64,000 nt of DNA from contig CACMKG010000001.1 of NCBI GenBank assembly GCA_902614235.1, positions 340,916 through 404,915 of the forward strand, read 5' to 3'. Numbering within the stretch: the first letter of the stretch is position 1; the number at the start of each line of letters is the position of its first letter. The translations under genes were made by a program, and so were the position numbers. The notes below the pieces were generated by a model. It was not told the origin of the DNA. It did not search any database and saw only the letters and a program-made list of their open reading frames with translations. Shown here in pieces: positions 16,817 to 27,032 of this stretch. The stretch comes from an uncultured SAR86 cluster bacterium. GTDB lineage: Bacteria > Pseudomonadota > Gammaproteobacteria > Magnimaribacterales > AG-339-G14.

Positions 16817-19390
16817 ATGAAAAATTTAGTCATTGTTGAATCCGGAGCAAAAGCTTCAAAAATAACTGGATTCCTTAACAAAAATTTTCCAAAAGATGAT
16901 TGGAGGGTAGAGGCTTGTTTGGGGCACATAAGAGATTTACCTGATGAAGAGACTGCAGTTAACCCAGATAATTGGACAGACTTAAAATGGAAAGAAACCC
17001 AAAAAGGAAAAAAAACTATTAAAGAAATAAGAAAGTTATGCAAAGAATTCGATTGTGTTTATCTTGCCACTGACCCAGATAGAGAAGGGGAAGCGATAGC
17101 TTGGCATTTGAAAGATGATTTTAAAAATAAAAAACTTTTAGAATCAATAGACACAAAAAGGATTACATTTAATGAAATTACTTCTTCTGCTATTAAAAGC
17201 GCTGTAGAAAATCCTAGAGAAATAGACCAAAATTTAGTTGATGCTTATTTAACACGAAGAATTTTAGATCACTTAATAGGATTTAAAGTCTCTCCCTTTC
17301 TTTGGCGACATGTTTCAAGGGCAAAGTCAGCAGGAAGAGTTCAATCTCCATCTCTAAGAATTATTTGTGAAAGAGAAGATGAAAGAGATGCTCATGTCGC
17401 AGTAGAGTATTGGCCAATAAAAGCTAAGTTTAAATTTAATGATTTAGAACTTGATGCAGATTTAATTGAAGCAAATGGAGTAAATTTAAATAAAGAACCT
17501 TTGAATCAAGAAAAATTAGTTAAAGAAACCTTAGAAGAAATAAAAAAAACTTCTTTTTTTGTATCAAAAATTGAAACAAAACCTCAATCTAGTTCACCAA
17601 AAGCTCCTTTTAGAACCTCTACACTACAAATGTCAGCTGCTAGCTCTTTGGGCTTTACCGCAGATAGAACTATGAGAAGTGCTCAAAACCTATACGAAGG
17701 AGGATTAATTACGTATTTAAGAACTGATGGAATTTCTATAAGCACATCCCCAAATACAGGAGAACCTTTTAGTGAAGAAAAACCAGGACCACCTCCATTG
17801 CAAGAGATAAGAAATCTAATTAAAAAGGAGTTTGACAAAACTTTCCTTTCAGAAGCTGTGAGAGTCTATAAGTCCAAAGTTCAAAATTCTCAAGAAGCTC
17901 ATGAAGCTATTCGACCAACAAATATTTCTAATAAGCCAAAGGATTTAAATCTGAGTCAAGATGAACAAAAACTTTATGAATTAATCTGGAATAGAACTGT
18001 AGCCAGTCAAATGGTTAACTCAAAACACGAAAGAAAAAATCTTACAATTTCCTCTAAAGATGGAAAATATTTATTCAGAGCAGCCTCGAGAAAAAATTTA
18101 TTTTTGGGTTTTGAAGTTTTAACTAAAGAAGATAAGGATAGTGATATTCAGTTTCCAGAAGAGTTAGTAGAGAGCGAGACTCTAGATTTAATTTCAGAAA
18201 GTGCTGAACAGAAATTTACTCTTCCGCCTAATAGATATTCTGAAGCTTCATTAATTAAAAGAATGGAAGAAGAAGGTATCGGCAGACCATCGACTTATGC
18301 TTCAACTGTAAAGGGTCTTAGAGATAAAAAGTATGCTTATGGAGCAAAATCTATTGCTCCCTCGGATTTAGGAAGAATTTTAACTTCCTATTTAAAGTCA
18401 ATTTTTAAAGATTTTTTTATTGAAACACGCTTTACAGCAAAAATGGAAAATAATCTTGATGAAATTGCATCAGGTAATTTGAATTGGAAAGACGTGTTGG
18501 ATAAATTTTGGGAAGATCTTCAAAATTATCTTAATAGAAAAATTAATGATATTGAAATAAGCAATAAAGATGAATTCAAAACAAGACAAGTCTTGGATTT
18601 ATTGAATGAAGAGTTACATGACATAATTTTTCCGAAAGCAAAGAATGGAGAAATAAGAAGAGATTGTCCTAAGTGTTCCTCTGAGTTAAGTTTAAAATCT
18701 GGAGCTTGGGGTTATTTCGTTGGTTGTTCCGAGTGCAAATGGACGAAAAAACCTTTTGAATTCAATATTGATTGGGAGACATATCAAGTTCTGCCAAAGG
18801 AAATAGGTATACATCCAGAATATCAAGATATAGTCTTTGCAGATATCAGTATAAATGGTCCTTGTGTTTGGACTATGAAAGAAGAAAAAAAAATATTTGG
18901 TTCGCCCGATGAAGATGAAAATTTATTAGATATCGGTTTAAACAGAGCAGTTGAATTAATTGAGAGAGATTCAGGCGAACATATTTTATTTACTGAGGCT
19001 AATAGCGGTATTCCAGTAATGTTGAAAAATGGAAGGTTCGGAGAATATACCGAATTTGATGGATTTAACAAGGCAACTAAATTACCTCCAGAAGACAAAC
19101 CAAAAAATCCTAAAGTTTCGTATTATGACCCACATCAAATGGATTACGAAAATAAAGAAACAAGAGCTTTTGTTTTAAAAAGTTTAAGAATTTTAGGATT
19201 TCATCCAAAATCTAATAAGCCAATTGGGATCAAGATTAGAAAACCTGGCAAAGCTTTCAAGTTCGTAAAATTTATAAAATGCGGGGATAAAGAAATCGAA
19301 TGTCCAAGTGACTTTTATAAATTAGAAGAAGAAGAGCAACACTCTTTAATAAAAGAAGCATTAGCAATAGATGAATTTAAAATTCTTTAA
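16817..19390 (+). CDS. topA: DNA topoisomerase I
   Basis: TOPRIM N-terminus MKNLVIVESGAKA and ATDPDREGE. Catalytic-Tyr region GLITYLRTDG. C-terminal zinc ribbon CPKCSSEL..CSECKW. 857 aa; SD AAGGA. Confidence 0.95.
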   Translation: MKNLVIVESGAKASKITGFLNKNFPKDDWRVEACLGHIRDLPDEETAVNPDNWTDLKWKETQKGKKTIKEIRKLCKEFDCVYLATDPDREGEAIAWHLKDDFKNKKLLESIDTKRITFNEITSSAIKSAVENPREIDQNLVDAYLTRRILDHLIGFKVSPFLWRHVSRAKSAGRVQSPSLRIICEREDERDAHVAVEYWPIKAKFKFNDLELDADLIEANGVNLNKEPLNQEKLVKETLEEIKKTSFFVSKIETKPQSSSPKAPFRTSTLQMSAASSLGFTADRTMRSAQNLYEGGLITYLRTDGISISTSPNTGEPFSEEKPGPPPLQEIRNLIKKEFDKTFLSEAVRVYKSKVQNSQEAHEAIRPTNISNKPKDLNLSQDEQKLYELIWNRTVASQMVNSKHERKNLTISSKDGKYLFRAASRKNLFLGFEVLTKEDKDSDIQFPEELVESETLDLISESAEQKFTLPPNRYSEASLIKRMEEEGIGRPSTYASTVKGLRDKKYAYGAKSIAPSDLGRILTSYLKSIFKDFFIETRFTAKMENNLDEIASGNLNWKDVLDKFWEDLQNYLNRKINDIEISNKDEFKTRQVLDLLNEELHDIIFPKAKNGEIRRDCPKCSSELSLKSGAWGYFVGCSECKWTKKPFEFNIDWETYQVLPKEIGIHPEYQDIVFADISINGPCVWTMKEEKKIFGSPDEDENLLDIGLNRAVELIERDSGEHILFTEANSGIPVMLKNGRFGEYTEFDGFNKATKLPPEDKPKNPKVSYYDPHQMDYENKETRAFVLKSLRILGFHPKSNKPIGIKIRKPGKAFKFVKFIKCGDKEIECPSDFYKLEEEEQHSLIKEALAIDEFKIL

Positions 19391-19989
19391 GAAAAATCCC
19401 TCAAGAGACCAACGCAAGTTCCCTCGAAAGATAAGTCTTCAGTTTTTGGATTGACTTCTATATTTGAATAATTTGAGTTTTCTGGTTGAAGAACTACTAG
19501 ATCTGAAGAAATGCTTTTCAAGGTCTTAACTGTTACTTCATCATTTATTCTTGCAATGACAATTGAACCTTTTTTTATTTGGGTCTTTTTATTTACTGCA
19601 ATTAGGTCGTTTTCTAAAATTCCTGCTTCAATCATGCTGTCACCTTTAACTCGTAAATAAAAATCTACTCCATGAGATAAAATATTTTGCGATGAGGGAA
19701 TTCTTTTCTCTATGTTCTCTTGTGCGAGAATGGGACCGCCAGCACTGACTAAACCTATAACAGGTATACCAAGATCTTCTTTGACTATAGAAATTCCTCT
19801 GGAAGCACCGGAAACAATATTTAGAACGCCTTTTTTCTTAAGGGCTTTTAGATGATCTTCAGCTGCGTTAGGTGATTTAAATCCGAAAACCTTAGCTATT
19901 TCAGATCTAGTAGGAGGGTATCCATTAATCTCTATTTCTTTTTTAATAAATTCAAATATCTCAGATTGTCTACTTGTTAAATTAATCAT
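19387..19989 (-). CDS. lexA: LexA repressor
   Basis: Winged-HTH N-terminus LTSRQSEIFEFIKKEIEINGYPPTRSEIA. Ala-Gly cleavage site in LVSAGGP, and S24 Ser/Lys motifs VKGDSM and EVTVKTL. Confidence 0.95.
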   Translation of the reverse strand: MINLTSRQSEIFEFIKKEIEINGYPPTRSEIAKVFGFKSPNAAEDHLKALKKKGVLNIVSGASRGISIVKEDLGIPVIGLVSAGGPILAQENIEKRIPSSQNILSHGVDFYLRVKGDSMIEAGILENDLIAVNKKTQIKKGSIVIARINDEVTVKTLKSISSDLVVLQPENSNYSNIEVNPKTEDLSFEGTCVGLLRDFS

Positions 19990-19991
19990 AA

Positions 19992-20007
19992 CTGTAATTA
20001 TATACAG
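19992..20007. promoter_or_regulatory. SOS box (LexA operator) CTGTAATTATATACAG
   Basis: Perfect CTGT-N8-ACAG palindrome with an AT-only core, flanked as aaCTGT...ACAGta. It lies 2 nt upstream of the lexA ATG (19987-19989). Confidence 0.85.
19997..20002 (-). promoter_or_regulatory. Putative lexA -10 hexamer TATAAT inside the SOS box
   Basis: The reverse strand reads TAGAAA-17 nt-TATAAT-tacagtt-ATG. The -10 is a perfect consensus and the -35 matches 4 of 6. Only 7 nt separate the -10 from the start codon. Confidence 0.4.
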
Positions 20008-20106
20008 TATTTAAAATTTTTTCTAGTTTTGCTTAATTTTTATATTGATATATTATAAAAAGTGTTTAAAAATAATATTTTATATGCCATTAGGAAATAA
20101 GTAATT

Positions 20107-21081
20107 ATGAAATTTCAACAATTAGTTTATGTAAGAGAGGTAGCTCGAAGCAATTTAAATGTCTCGCAAGCTTCTAAAATTTTATACACTTCTCAACCAG
20201 GTATTAGCAAACAAATTAAATTACTTGAAGAAGAGTTAGGAATAGAGTTATTTGAAAGATCAGGGAAACATCTCGTAAGCGTTACTCCTGTCGGCGAAAA
20301 AATATTAACCCAAATAGAGGAAATCCTTGCTTTGGTAGATGGAATAAAGCATGCAGCCACAGAATTTTCAGATGAAGATTATGGAACTCTCAGCATTGCA
20401 ACAACTCACACACAAGCAAAATTTACTTTACCTAAGGTTGTAGATAAATTTGTCAAAAAATATCCAAATGTCCATTTTCAAATGCATCAATGTACTCCAG
20501 ATGAATCTGTTGAAATGGCAGCTAGAGGTGAGGTTGATATAGCTTTGTGGACAGAAACTAACGAAAAGGGCGAAAACTTAATTAAAATGCCATGTTACAA
20601 ATGGTCTAGAAGCGTTATTGTGCCTAAAGGCCATCCTCTTACAAAGTTACCAAAAATTAAACTAAAAGACTTAGCCAATTACCCAATTGTTACATACGTA
20701 TTTGGTTTTACGGGAAGCAATGATTTAGATAGAGCTTTTTTTGAAAGAGGGCTAAAAGCGAATGTTGTTTTTACAGCTACTGATGCTGATGTCATTAAAA
20801 CTTATGTAAAAATGGGAACAGGCGTTGGTATTATTGCAAGCATGGCTTTCAATGAAAAAGAAGATAGTGATTTAGTTGCAATTAACGCAAACCACCTTTT
20901 TGACTCTGGTACGACTTATATGGGTTTCAGAAGAGGCACTTACTTGAGAAGCCATCTTTTTGAATTTATAAATATGTTTGCACCTCACCTGACTAAAGAT
21001 ATTGTAGCCAAGGCTTGCTCAACTAAATCAAAAAAAGAACTAGATAAAGTATTTGATTCCACAAAGCTCCTGAGGAGATAA
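20107..21081 (+). CDS. cysB: LysR-type transcriptional regulator, CysB/Cbl family
   Basis: Collinear with E. coli CysB as I recall it: MKFQQL.Y..EV....LNVS.....LYTSQPGISKQ...LE.ELG...F.RSGKHL..VTP.G, ATTHTQA, FTATDADVIKTYV and FRRGTYLRS. Its physiological role here is uncertain. Confidence 0.7.
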   Translation: MKFQQLVYVREVARSNLNVSQASKILYTSQPGISKQIKLLEEELGIELFERSGKHLVSVTPVGEKILTQIEEILALVDGIKHAATEFSDEDYGTLSIATTHTQAKFTLPKVVDKFVKKYPNVHFQMHQCTPDESVEMAARGEVDIALWTETNEKGENLIKMPCYKWSRSVIVPKGHPLTKLPKIKLKDLANYPIVTYVFGFTGSNDLDRAFFERGLKANVVFTATDADVIKTYVKMGTGVGIIASMAFNEKEDSDLVAINANHLFDSGTTYMGFRRGTYLRSHLFEFINMFAPHLTKDIVAKACSTKSKKELDKVFDSTKLLRR

Positions 21082-21083
21082 AA

Positions 21084-21674
21084 TTGAAGTTTCTTTGCCT
21101 TGATTTTGAAGGAGTTCTCATACCTGAAATTTGGCAATACGTTGCTAAAGAAACAAATTCGGAAGAATTAATGCTTACTACTCAGGATCTAAAAGATTAC
21201 GATGATCTTATGGCCCTAAGAATGAAAGTAGTCAATGAAAAGAATATCAAATTGAGTGATATACAAGAAATAGTGAGAAGTATGGAGCCTTTTGAAGGCG
21301 CTAAAGAATTTCTGAAATGGGCGAAACAAAGTTTTCAAGTATCCATTGTTTCAGATACTTTTTATGAACTCTGTTGGCCTTTGGTGGAAAAGTTAAATTA
21401 CCCTAACATTATATGTCATCATCTTAAAATTAAAGATGACAAAATAGTTGATTATTCTCTTAGGCATAACAAAAAAAAGGTTATAGAGGCTTTATTGAGT
21501 TTGAATTTTGGAGTTTTGGCTGCCGGAGACTCTTATAATGATATTGATATGCTTCAAACTGCAGACAAAGGAATCTTTTTTCAAGCACCGGATCATATCA
21601 AAAAAGAATTTCCAGACTTGTTAACTGCAGATAATCATGAAGAATTGAAAGCTCATTTGTTAGAATATATATAA
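21084..21674 (+). CDS. thrH: ThrH-like HAD phosphoserine phosphatase / homoserine phosphotransferase
   Basis: Closely collinear with P. aeruginosa ThrH as recalled: CLDFEGVLIPEIW, SDTFYE, AAGDSYNDIDML and FQAP..IKKEFP. TTG start 2 nt after the regulator stop. Confidence 0.8.
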   Translation: MKFLCLDFEGVLIPEIWQYVAKETNSEELMLTTQDLKDYDDLMALRMKVVNEKNIKLSDIQEIVRSMEPFEGAKEFLKWAKQSFQVSIVSDTFYELCWPLVEKLNYPNIICHHLKIKDDKIVDYSLRHNKKKVIEALLSLNFGVLAAGDSYNDIDMLQTADKGIFFQAPDHIKKEFPDLLTADNHEELKAHLLEYI

Positions 21675-22535
21675 ATGTCAAAAAATTTTTTTTCTTTATT
21701 AGAGAATAACAGACCTTTAAAAATTGTCGGGACTGTAAATGCTTATTCTGCGCTGCTCGCTCAAAAAGCAGGCTTAGAAGCTCTTTACATTTCAGGTGCA
21801 GGAGTAGCCAATGCAAGTTACGGAATTCCAGATTTGGCAATGACCTCAAAGGATAATGTTCTCGAAGATGTAAGAAGAATTAGAGGAGCATCAGATCTTC
21901 CGATTTTAGTCGACTGCGATACTGGTTGGGGCTCTGCACTGAGTATTTCTAAAACTGTTAAAGATATGATTCATGCTGGCGTAAATGGAATTCATATCGA
22001 AGATCAGGTTTCAAATAAAAGATGCGGCCATAGACCAAACAAAGAGATTGTTTCTGATAGCGAAATGATGGACAGGATAAAAGCGGCAAAAGATAGTTCA
22101 GTCGATGATTTTATGCTGATGGCGAGAACAGATGCTTTTGCTCAAGAAGGAATTGAAAGAGTAATTGAAAGATCAAACGCTTATATAGAATCTGGAGCAG
22201 ATTCAATTTTTCCAGAAGCAATCACAAATTTAGAAGATTACAAAATTTTATCTGAAAATTTAACAGTGCCAATTTTAGCTAACATCACTGAATTCGGTAT
22301 GACGCCTCTATATACTGACCAAGAACTATTAGAAGTAGGGGTAGATATGATTTTGCATCCTCTAAGCGCTTTTAGAGCAATGTCTAAAGCAGCTCAAGAA
22401 ATATATGACGAGATATATCATAAGGGGACAGTCGAAAAAAAATTAAAAAAAATGCAATCTCGAGATGAATTATATGACGTACTGAATTATCATAGTTACG
22501 AAGAAAAAATAGATATTCTATTTTCCAAGGAATAA
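21675..22535 (+). CDS. prpB: 2-Methylisocitrate lyase
   Basis: PEP-mutase/ICL family with the signature KRCGHRPNK. The N-terminus PLKIVGTVNAYSALLA is also typical. 286 aa. Confidence 0.9.
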   Translation: MSKNFFSLLENNRPLKIVGTVNAYSALLAQKAGLEALYISGAGVANASYGIPDLAMTSKDNVLEDVRRIRGASDLPILVDCDTGWGSALSISKTVKDMIHAGVNGIHIEDQVSNKRCGHRPNKEIVSDSEMMDRIKAAKDSSVDDFMLMARTDAFAQEGIERVIERSNAYIESGADSIFPEAITNLEDYKILSENLTVPILANITEFGMTPLYTDQELLEVGVDMILHPLSAFRAMSKAAQEIYDEIYHKGTVEKKLKKMQSRDELYDVLNYHSYEEKIDILFSKE

Positions 22536-22539
22536 TTAC

Positions 22540-23664
22540 ATGGCAGAAAAAAAACTTGAGGGCGCAGGCCTTCGTGGACAAGTAGCTGGTAAAACTTCTT
22601 TGTCTACCGTGGGTAAAGCAGGAAAAGGCCTTACTTATAGAGGATACGAAATTGAAGTATTGGCAGAAAAGGCCTCTTTTGAAGAAGTTGCCTATATGCT
22701 TCTCTATGGAAATTTACCAAATCAAGAGGAATTTAATAACTACTCAGAAAAATTAAAAAAACTAAGAGCTTTGCCAAATGAACTCAAAGAAGTTTTAGAA
22801 AATATACCCGCTTCAGCTCATCCTATGGATGTTATGAGAACGGGCTGCTCAATGCTAGGTAATCTTGAACCAGAGGGAGAATTTAAAAATCAAAATTCTT
22901 CTGCAGATAGAATTCTTGCCTCGATGGCTTCAATAATTGTTTATTGGTATAAATTTTCTCACGAGGATATAAAAGTTGATCTTGAAACAGAATATGAAAC
23001 CATTGGGGGTCATTTTCTTTCTTTGTTGACAGGTAAAGATCCATCAGAAGATGATATTCGTTGTTTAGATACATCCTTAATTTTGTACGCAGAGCATGGT
23101 TTTAATGCTTCTACTTTCACTGCAAGAACATGTGCCTCTACTTTATCAGATATTCATTCTTGTATAACTGGAGCAATTGGAACTCTTAGAGGCCCACTTC
23201 ATGGAGGAGCAAATGAAGCTGCAATGGAAATGATTGAAAAATACTCTTCAAGAGAAGAAGCTCATCAAGCAGTTTTAAAAATGCTTGAGAAGAAAGAAAA
23301 AATAATGGGATTTGGGCATGCTGTTTATAGTACAGAAGATCCTAGAAATAAAATTATAAAAAGTTGGGCGGAAAAGCTTAGTAAGTCAGGCAGAGACGAA
23401 ACTTTGTATCAGGTTTCAGAAGAAATTGAAAAAACTATGGATGAAGAAAAAAACATGTTTGCGAATACTGATTTTTTTATGGCTTCTGCTTATCACTATT
23501 TAGGCATACCAACAAAACTTTTTACCCCATTATTTGTTATTGGAAGAACTTCTGGCTGGGCCGCTAATATTTTTGAACAAAGAGCTGACAATAGGATTAT
23601 AAGACCAAGTGAAGAATATATTGGACCTGATCATTCAGATTGGGTCGACATAAAAAACAGATAA
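22540..23664 (+). CDS. prpC: 2-Methylcitrate synthase
   Basis: Citrate-synthase family with GFGHAVY and LHGGANE motifs. 374 aa, sitting between prpB and prpD. Confidence 0.9.
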   Translation: MAEKKLEGAGLRGQVAGKTSLSTVGKAGKGLTYRGYEIEVLAEKASFEEVAYMLLYGNLPNQEEFNNYSEKLKKLRALPNELKEVLENIPASAHPMDVMRTGCSMLGNLEPEGEFKNQNSSADRILASMASIIVYWYKFSHEDIKVDLETEYETIGGHFLSLLTGKDPSEDDIRCLDTSLILYAEHGFNASTFTARTCASTLSDIHSCITGAIGTLRGPLHGGANEAAMEMIEKYSSREEAHQAVLKMLEKKEKIMGFGHAVYSTEDPRNKIIKSWAEKLSKSGRDETLYQVSEEIEKTMDEEKNMFANTDFFMASAYHYLGIPTKLFTPLFVIGRTSGWAANIFEQRADNRIIRPSEEYIGPDHSDWVDIKNR

Positions 23665-23671
23665 AAATAAA

Positions 23672-25123
23672 ATGTCATCAACCGTCGAAACTAATGTTCG
23701 TCAGGAACCTGACGAACTTTTAAATAAAATAGCCGACTATGCCTTGAATTACAAAGTTGATAGTGAAGAAGCATTATCTACAGCAAGATATTGTTTAATG
23801 GATACTTTGGGTTGTGGTGTATTAGCTCTTTCCTTTCCAGAATGCAAAAAATTACTTGGACCTTATGTTGAAGGGACAGTTGTTCCAAATGGCGTAAGAG
23901 TTCCAGGAACTGATTTTGTACTTGATCCTATTAAAGGGGCATGGGATATAGGTGCCATAATTAGGTGGCTAGATTTTAATGATACTTGGTTAGCAGCCGA
24001 ATGGGGACACCCCTCAGATAATTTGGGCGGAATTTTAGCTGCTGCAGATTATATTTCGCAACAAAAAATTCTCGATGGCAAAGAACCTTTAACAATACAA
24101 GATATATTGATTGCTATGGTTAAAGCTCATGAAATTCAAGGAGTAATGGCATTAGAGAATAGTTTTAATAGAGTGGGACTGGATCATGTTATTTTAGTTA
24201 AATTGGCATCAACAGCTGTCATTTCATCTTTGTTTGAATTATCTAAAGAGGAAACTATCAATGCTCTCTCTCAAGTTTTTGTGGATGGTCAAAGTTTAAG
24301 AACTTATCGACACAGTCCAAATGCAGGACCAAGAAAATCTTGGGCAGCTGGCGATGCAACTAGCAGAGCTCTTCAATTAGTAATCCTTACCATGAAAGGT
24401 CAAATTGGATACCCAAGCGCTATTACTGCTCCAACTTGGGGTTTTAAAGATGTTTTGTTTAAGGGTAACAATTTTCAAATTAATCAGGAATTTAAAAGCT
24501 ATGTTATGGAAAATGTTCTCTTTAAAATATCATTTCCAGCAGAGTTTCATGCTCAAACTGCTGTGGAAGCAGCTGTAACTTTACATCCAGAAGTGATAAA
24601 TAGATTAGAAGAAATAGAAAGAATTGAAATTATAACTCACGAATCAGCTATAAGAATAATCAGTAAAGAAGGAGACCTAAATAATCCTGCTGATCGCGAT
24701 CATTGCATTCAATACATGACAGCAATAGGTTTGTTGAAAGGAGATTTAGTAGCAGAAGATTACGAGGATGATGTCGCTGCCGACCCAAGAATCGATTCAT
24801 TGAGAAAAAAGATGATTATCAAGGAAGATAAAAGATACTCAAAAGAATATCTCGAAGCAGATAAAAGATCTATTGCAAATTCCATGCAAATATATTTCAA
24901 AGATGGCTCATCTACAAAAAATATTGAAGTTGAATACCCAATTGGACATCGAAGAAGAAGAGAAGAGGGCATTCCAGTTTTATTGTCTAAATTTGAAAAA
25001 AATTTAAAAACACATTTTGATGAAAATCAAGCAAATGAAATAATTGAGATATGTGCTAATGAAGAAGCGCTTAAAAATACTAGCGTAGTAGAATTCATGT
25101 CTCTATTGGTTTCAAAAAAATAA
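23672..25123 (+). CDS. prpD: 2-Methylcitrate dehydratase
   Basis: MmgE/PrpD-family length (483 aa) and blocks ([21 protein letters not shown]), in prp operon context. Confidence 0.9.
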   Translation: MSSTVETNVRQEPDELLNKIADYALNYKVDSEEALSTARYCLMDTLGCGVLALSFPECKKLLGPYVEGTVVPNGVRVPGTDFVLDPIKGAWDIGAIIRWLDFNDTWLAAEWGHPSDNLGGILAAADYISQQKILDGKEPLTIQDILIAMVKAHEIQGVMALENSFNRVGLDHVILVKLASTAVISSLFELSKEETINALSQVFVDGQSLRTYRHSPNAGPRKSWAAGDATSRALQLVILTMKGQIGYPSAITAPTWGFKDVLFKGNNFQINQEFKSYVMENVLFKISFPAEFHAQTAVEAAVTLHPEVINRLEEIERIEIITHESAIRIISKEGDLNNPADRDHCIQYMTAIGLLKGDLVAEDYEDDVAADPRIDSLRKKMIIKEDKRYSKEYLEADKRSIANSMQIYFKDGSSTKNIEVEYPIGHRRRREEGIPVLLSKFEKNLKTHFDENQANEIIEICANEEALKNTSVVEFMSLLVSKK

Positions 25124-25184
25124 CTAAAAAAACTTTTTTAATTATAAATTTCCTTAAAATGTAACTGTTTGATATTTATAAGAA

Positions 25185-26330
25185 ATGAAATTTCTCAAAG
25201 AAATTTATAGGATTCTCAAGCAAATTTTTTATCTACCCAGATATTTAACTAATCTTTTATTCGGTACTTTTTATTACGATAATTTTTTAGCTAAATCAAA
25301 AATAAAAAATTCTGGAAACCTCCCTCTGAATAAAAAGGTTGTTATTTTTTTAATTTTTCCTGATTATGGATTAACTAAGTCTCACTTGAGAACTTTGAGA
25401 TATTTTATTAGAAATAATTTCACTCCATTGGTTGTGAGTAATTTACCTTTATCAAAAGAGGATAAAGATTTACTTCTTAAAAACTGTTGGACTTTAATTG
25501 AAAGAAAAAATTATGGATATGACTTTGGCGGCTATAGAGATGGAGTTTTATTTTTATCTGAAAAAATAAGAGATTTAGATAAATTAATTCTTATAAATGA
25601 CTCTACCTGGTTTCCAATTATAAATAATAATTCTTTTACAGATTTTATTGATAATTCTAGTTTAGATTTCATTGGCGCAACTTCTCATTATGGCTTTAAG
25701 AGACAAAGACTTCCTTCAAAAAAAACTGGCTTATTAAAACCTCAGTTCAATTTTAATAATAAGAACTTTCATTACGCTTCTTACGCTTTAAGTTTTTCAA
25801 AAAAAATCTTAAAAGACGAAAACTTCCTAAAATTCTGGAAAAATTTAAGACTATCGGGTACAAAAAATTTAGTTGTTAGAAGGGGTGAAATTGGTCTTAC
25901 TCAATACATTATAAAAAATAAAAAATATTCTCATGGATCATTGATTAATTCTGAAGAATTGGATGATATTTTAAAAAAACTTTCTAAAGATACTTTATTA
26001 AAAATATCTCGAGAAACCATTATTGAAAAGACTTCTCTAAAAAAATTTAAAGAGAAATTTACTAAAAATGCTGATAGTTTTTCTAAAGATGAACTAATTG
26101 CTTTTATTCTTATTCAAGTTTCAAATCAAATTATAGTTTTTAGTTTAATAAAATTTCTAATAGAAGATCTTAGATTTCCCTTTTTAAAAAAAATGCTTTT
26201 TAAGTTAAATAAATCTTCTGCTGAAGATACGTATAAAATTATTAAAGGTTTAGACATAGACATCTTTGATGAAATTAACTCCGAAATCAAAACAAACGAA
26301 GATCTTAGTAGGTTTTTATCGACTAATTGA
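25185..26330 (+). CDS. Hypothetical polysaccharide-biosynthesis protein, RgpF (rhamnan synthesis F)-like
   Basis: 381 aa. Blocks ERKNYGYDFGGYRDG and HYASYALSFSKKIL...F.KFW..L...........GEIGLTQ resemble Pfam RgpF-type proteins from memory. Very Lys/Asn/Ile/Phe-rich, in a patch of low G+C. The function call is tentative; the ORF itself looks real. Confidence 0.45.
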   Translation: MKFLKEIYRILKQIFYLPRYLTNLLFGTFYYDNFLAKSKIKNSGNLPLNKKVVIFLIFPDYGLTKSHLRTLRYFIRNNFTPLVVSNLPLSKEDKDLLLKNCWTLIERKNYGYDFGGYRDGVLFLSEKIRDLDKLILINDSTWFPIINNNSFTDFIDNSSLDFIGATSHYGFKRQRLPSKKTGLLKPQFNFNNKNFHYASYALSFSKKILKDENFLKFWKNLRLSGTKNLVVRRGEIGLTQYIIKNKKYSHGSLINSEELDDILKKLSKDTLLKISRETIIEKTSLKKFKEKFTKNADSFSKDELIAFILIQVSNQIIVFSLIKFLIEDLRFPFLKKMLFKLNKSSAEDTYKIIKGLDIDIFDEINSEIKTNEDLSRFLSTN

Positions 26331-26975
26331 TGTAATGCCAGTTAAATCACTTAATTCGTTTAAAGCTTGTTGTTCAGAAACAACCTTTATGGTCGAGATT
26401 TTCAATAATTTTGCGGGTTTTAAATTTATTCCTAAATCATCCAAAAAAATTGTCCTCTCAGGATCAGCTTTTGTTTTGGTTAAAGCTAGCTCATAAAATT
26501 CATTATTTGGTTTTCGTACCCCAACTTCTTTTGATTCAATTATGAAATCAAATAATTCCATAATTTTTAATCTTTCATCATTTTTGTCGTCCAGTGCAGA
26601 TATATCTCTATCTCCCGTATTAAAATTATTCGTTAAACAAGCCTGTAAAAATCCAAGTTCCTTAAATTTTTTAATTGCTTTTACAATTCTTGGTCTTATT
26701 TTTCCCTGAAGCAAAGATAAAACTTCATGACCTAAAATTTCTCTTCCAAGTAGTTTGCTTTCTTCGGCAAAAAGAATATTAAATTCTTCAAGAGATATTT
26801 TAGATTGTTCTAACTGAGCCCAAGCATTATTGAACGGATTTGTAGAATTTACCTTTCTTATAAAATCAAAAGGAATATTGTTTTCTTTTTCAAAGACATT
26901 AAATGCTTCAAAAGGGCTAGAAGTAATCACACCACCAAAATCCCAAAAAATTGAACTAAATCTATTATTATTCAT
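26316..26975 (-). CDS. HAD-IA hydrolase (epoxide-hydrolase N-terminal-domain-like phosphatase)
   Basis: Motif I variant FWDFGGVI (DxG type, as in the ACAD10/sEH-N-like subfamily), CLTNN (motif II) and FLDDLGIN (motif IV). Confidence 0.7.
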   Translation of the reverse strand: MNNNRFSSIFWDFGGVITSSPFEAFNVFEKENNIPFDFIRKVNSTNPFNNAWAQLEQSKISLEEFNILFAEESKLLGREILGHEVLSLLQGKIRPRIVKAIKKFKELGFLQACLTNNFNTGDRDISALDDKNDERLKIMELFDFIIESKEVGVRKPNNEFYELALTKTKADPERTIFLDDLGINLKPAKLLKISTIKVVSEQQALNELSDLTGITSISR

Positions 26976-27032
26976 CTATTTAAGTAATAAGAAGACGCAT
27001 AAAGCGTATAATTAACCTAATCTTAAATAGTT

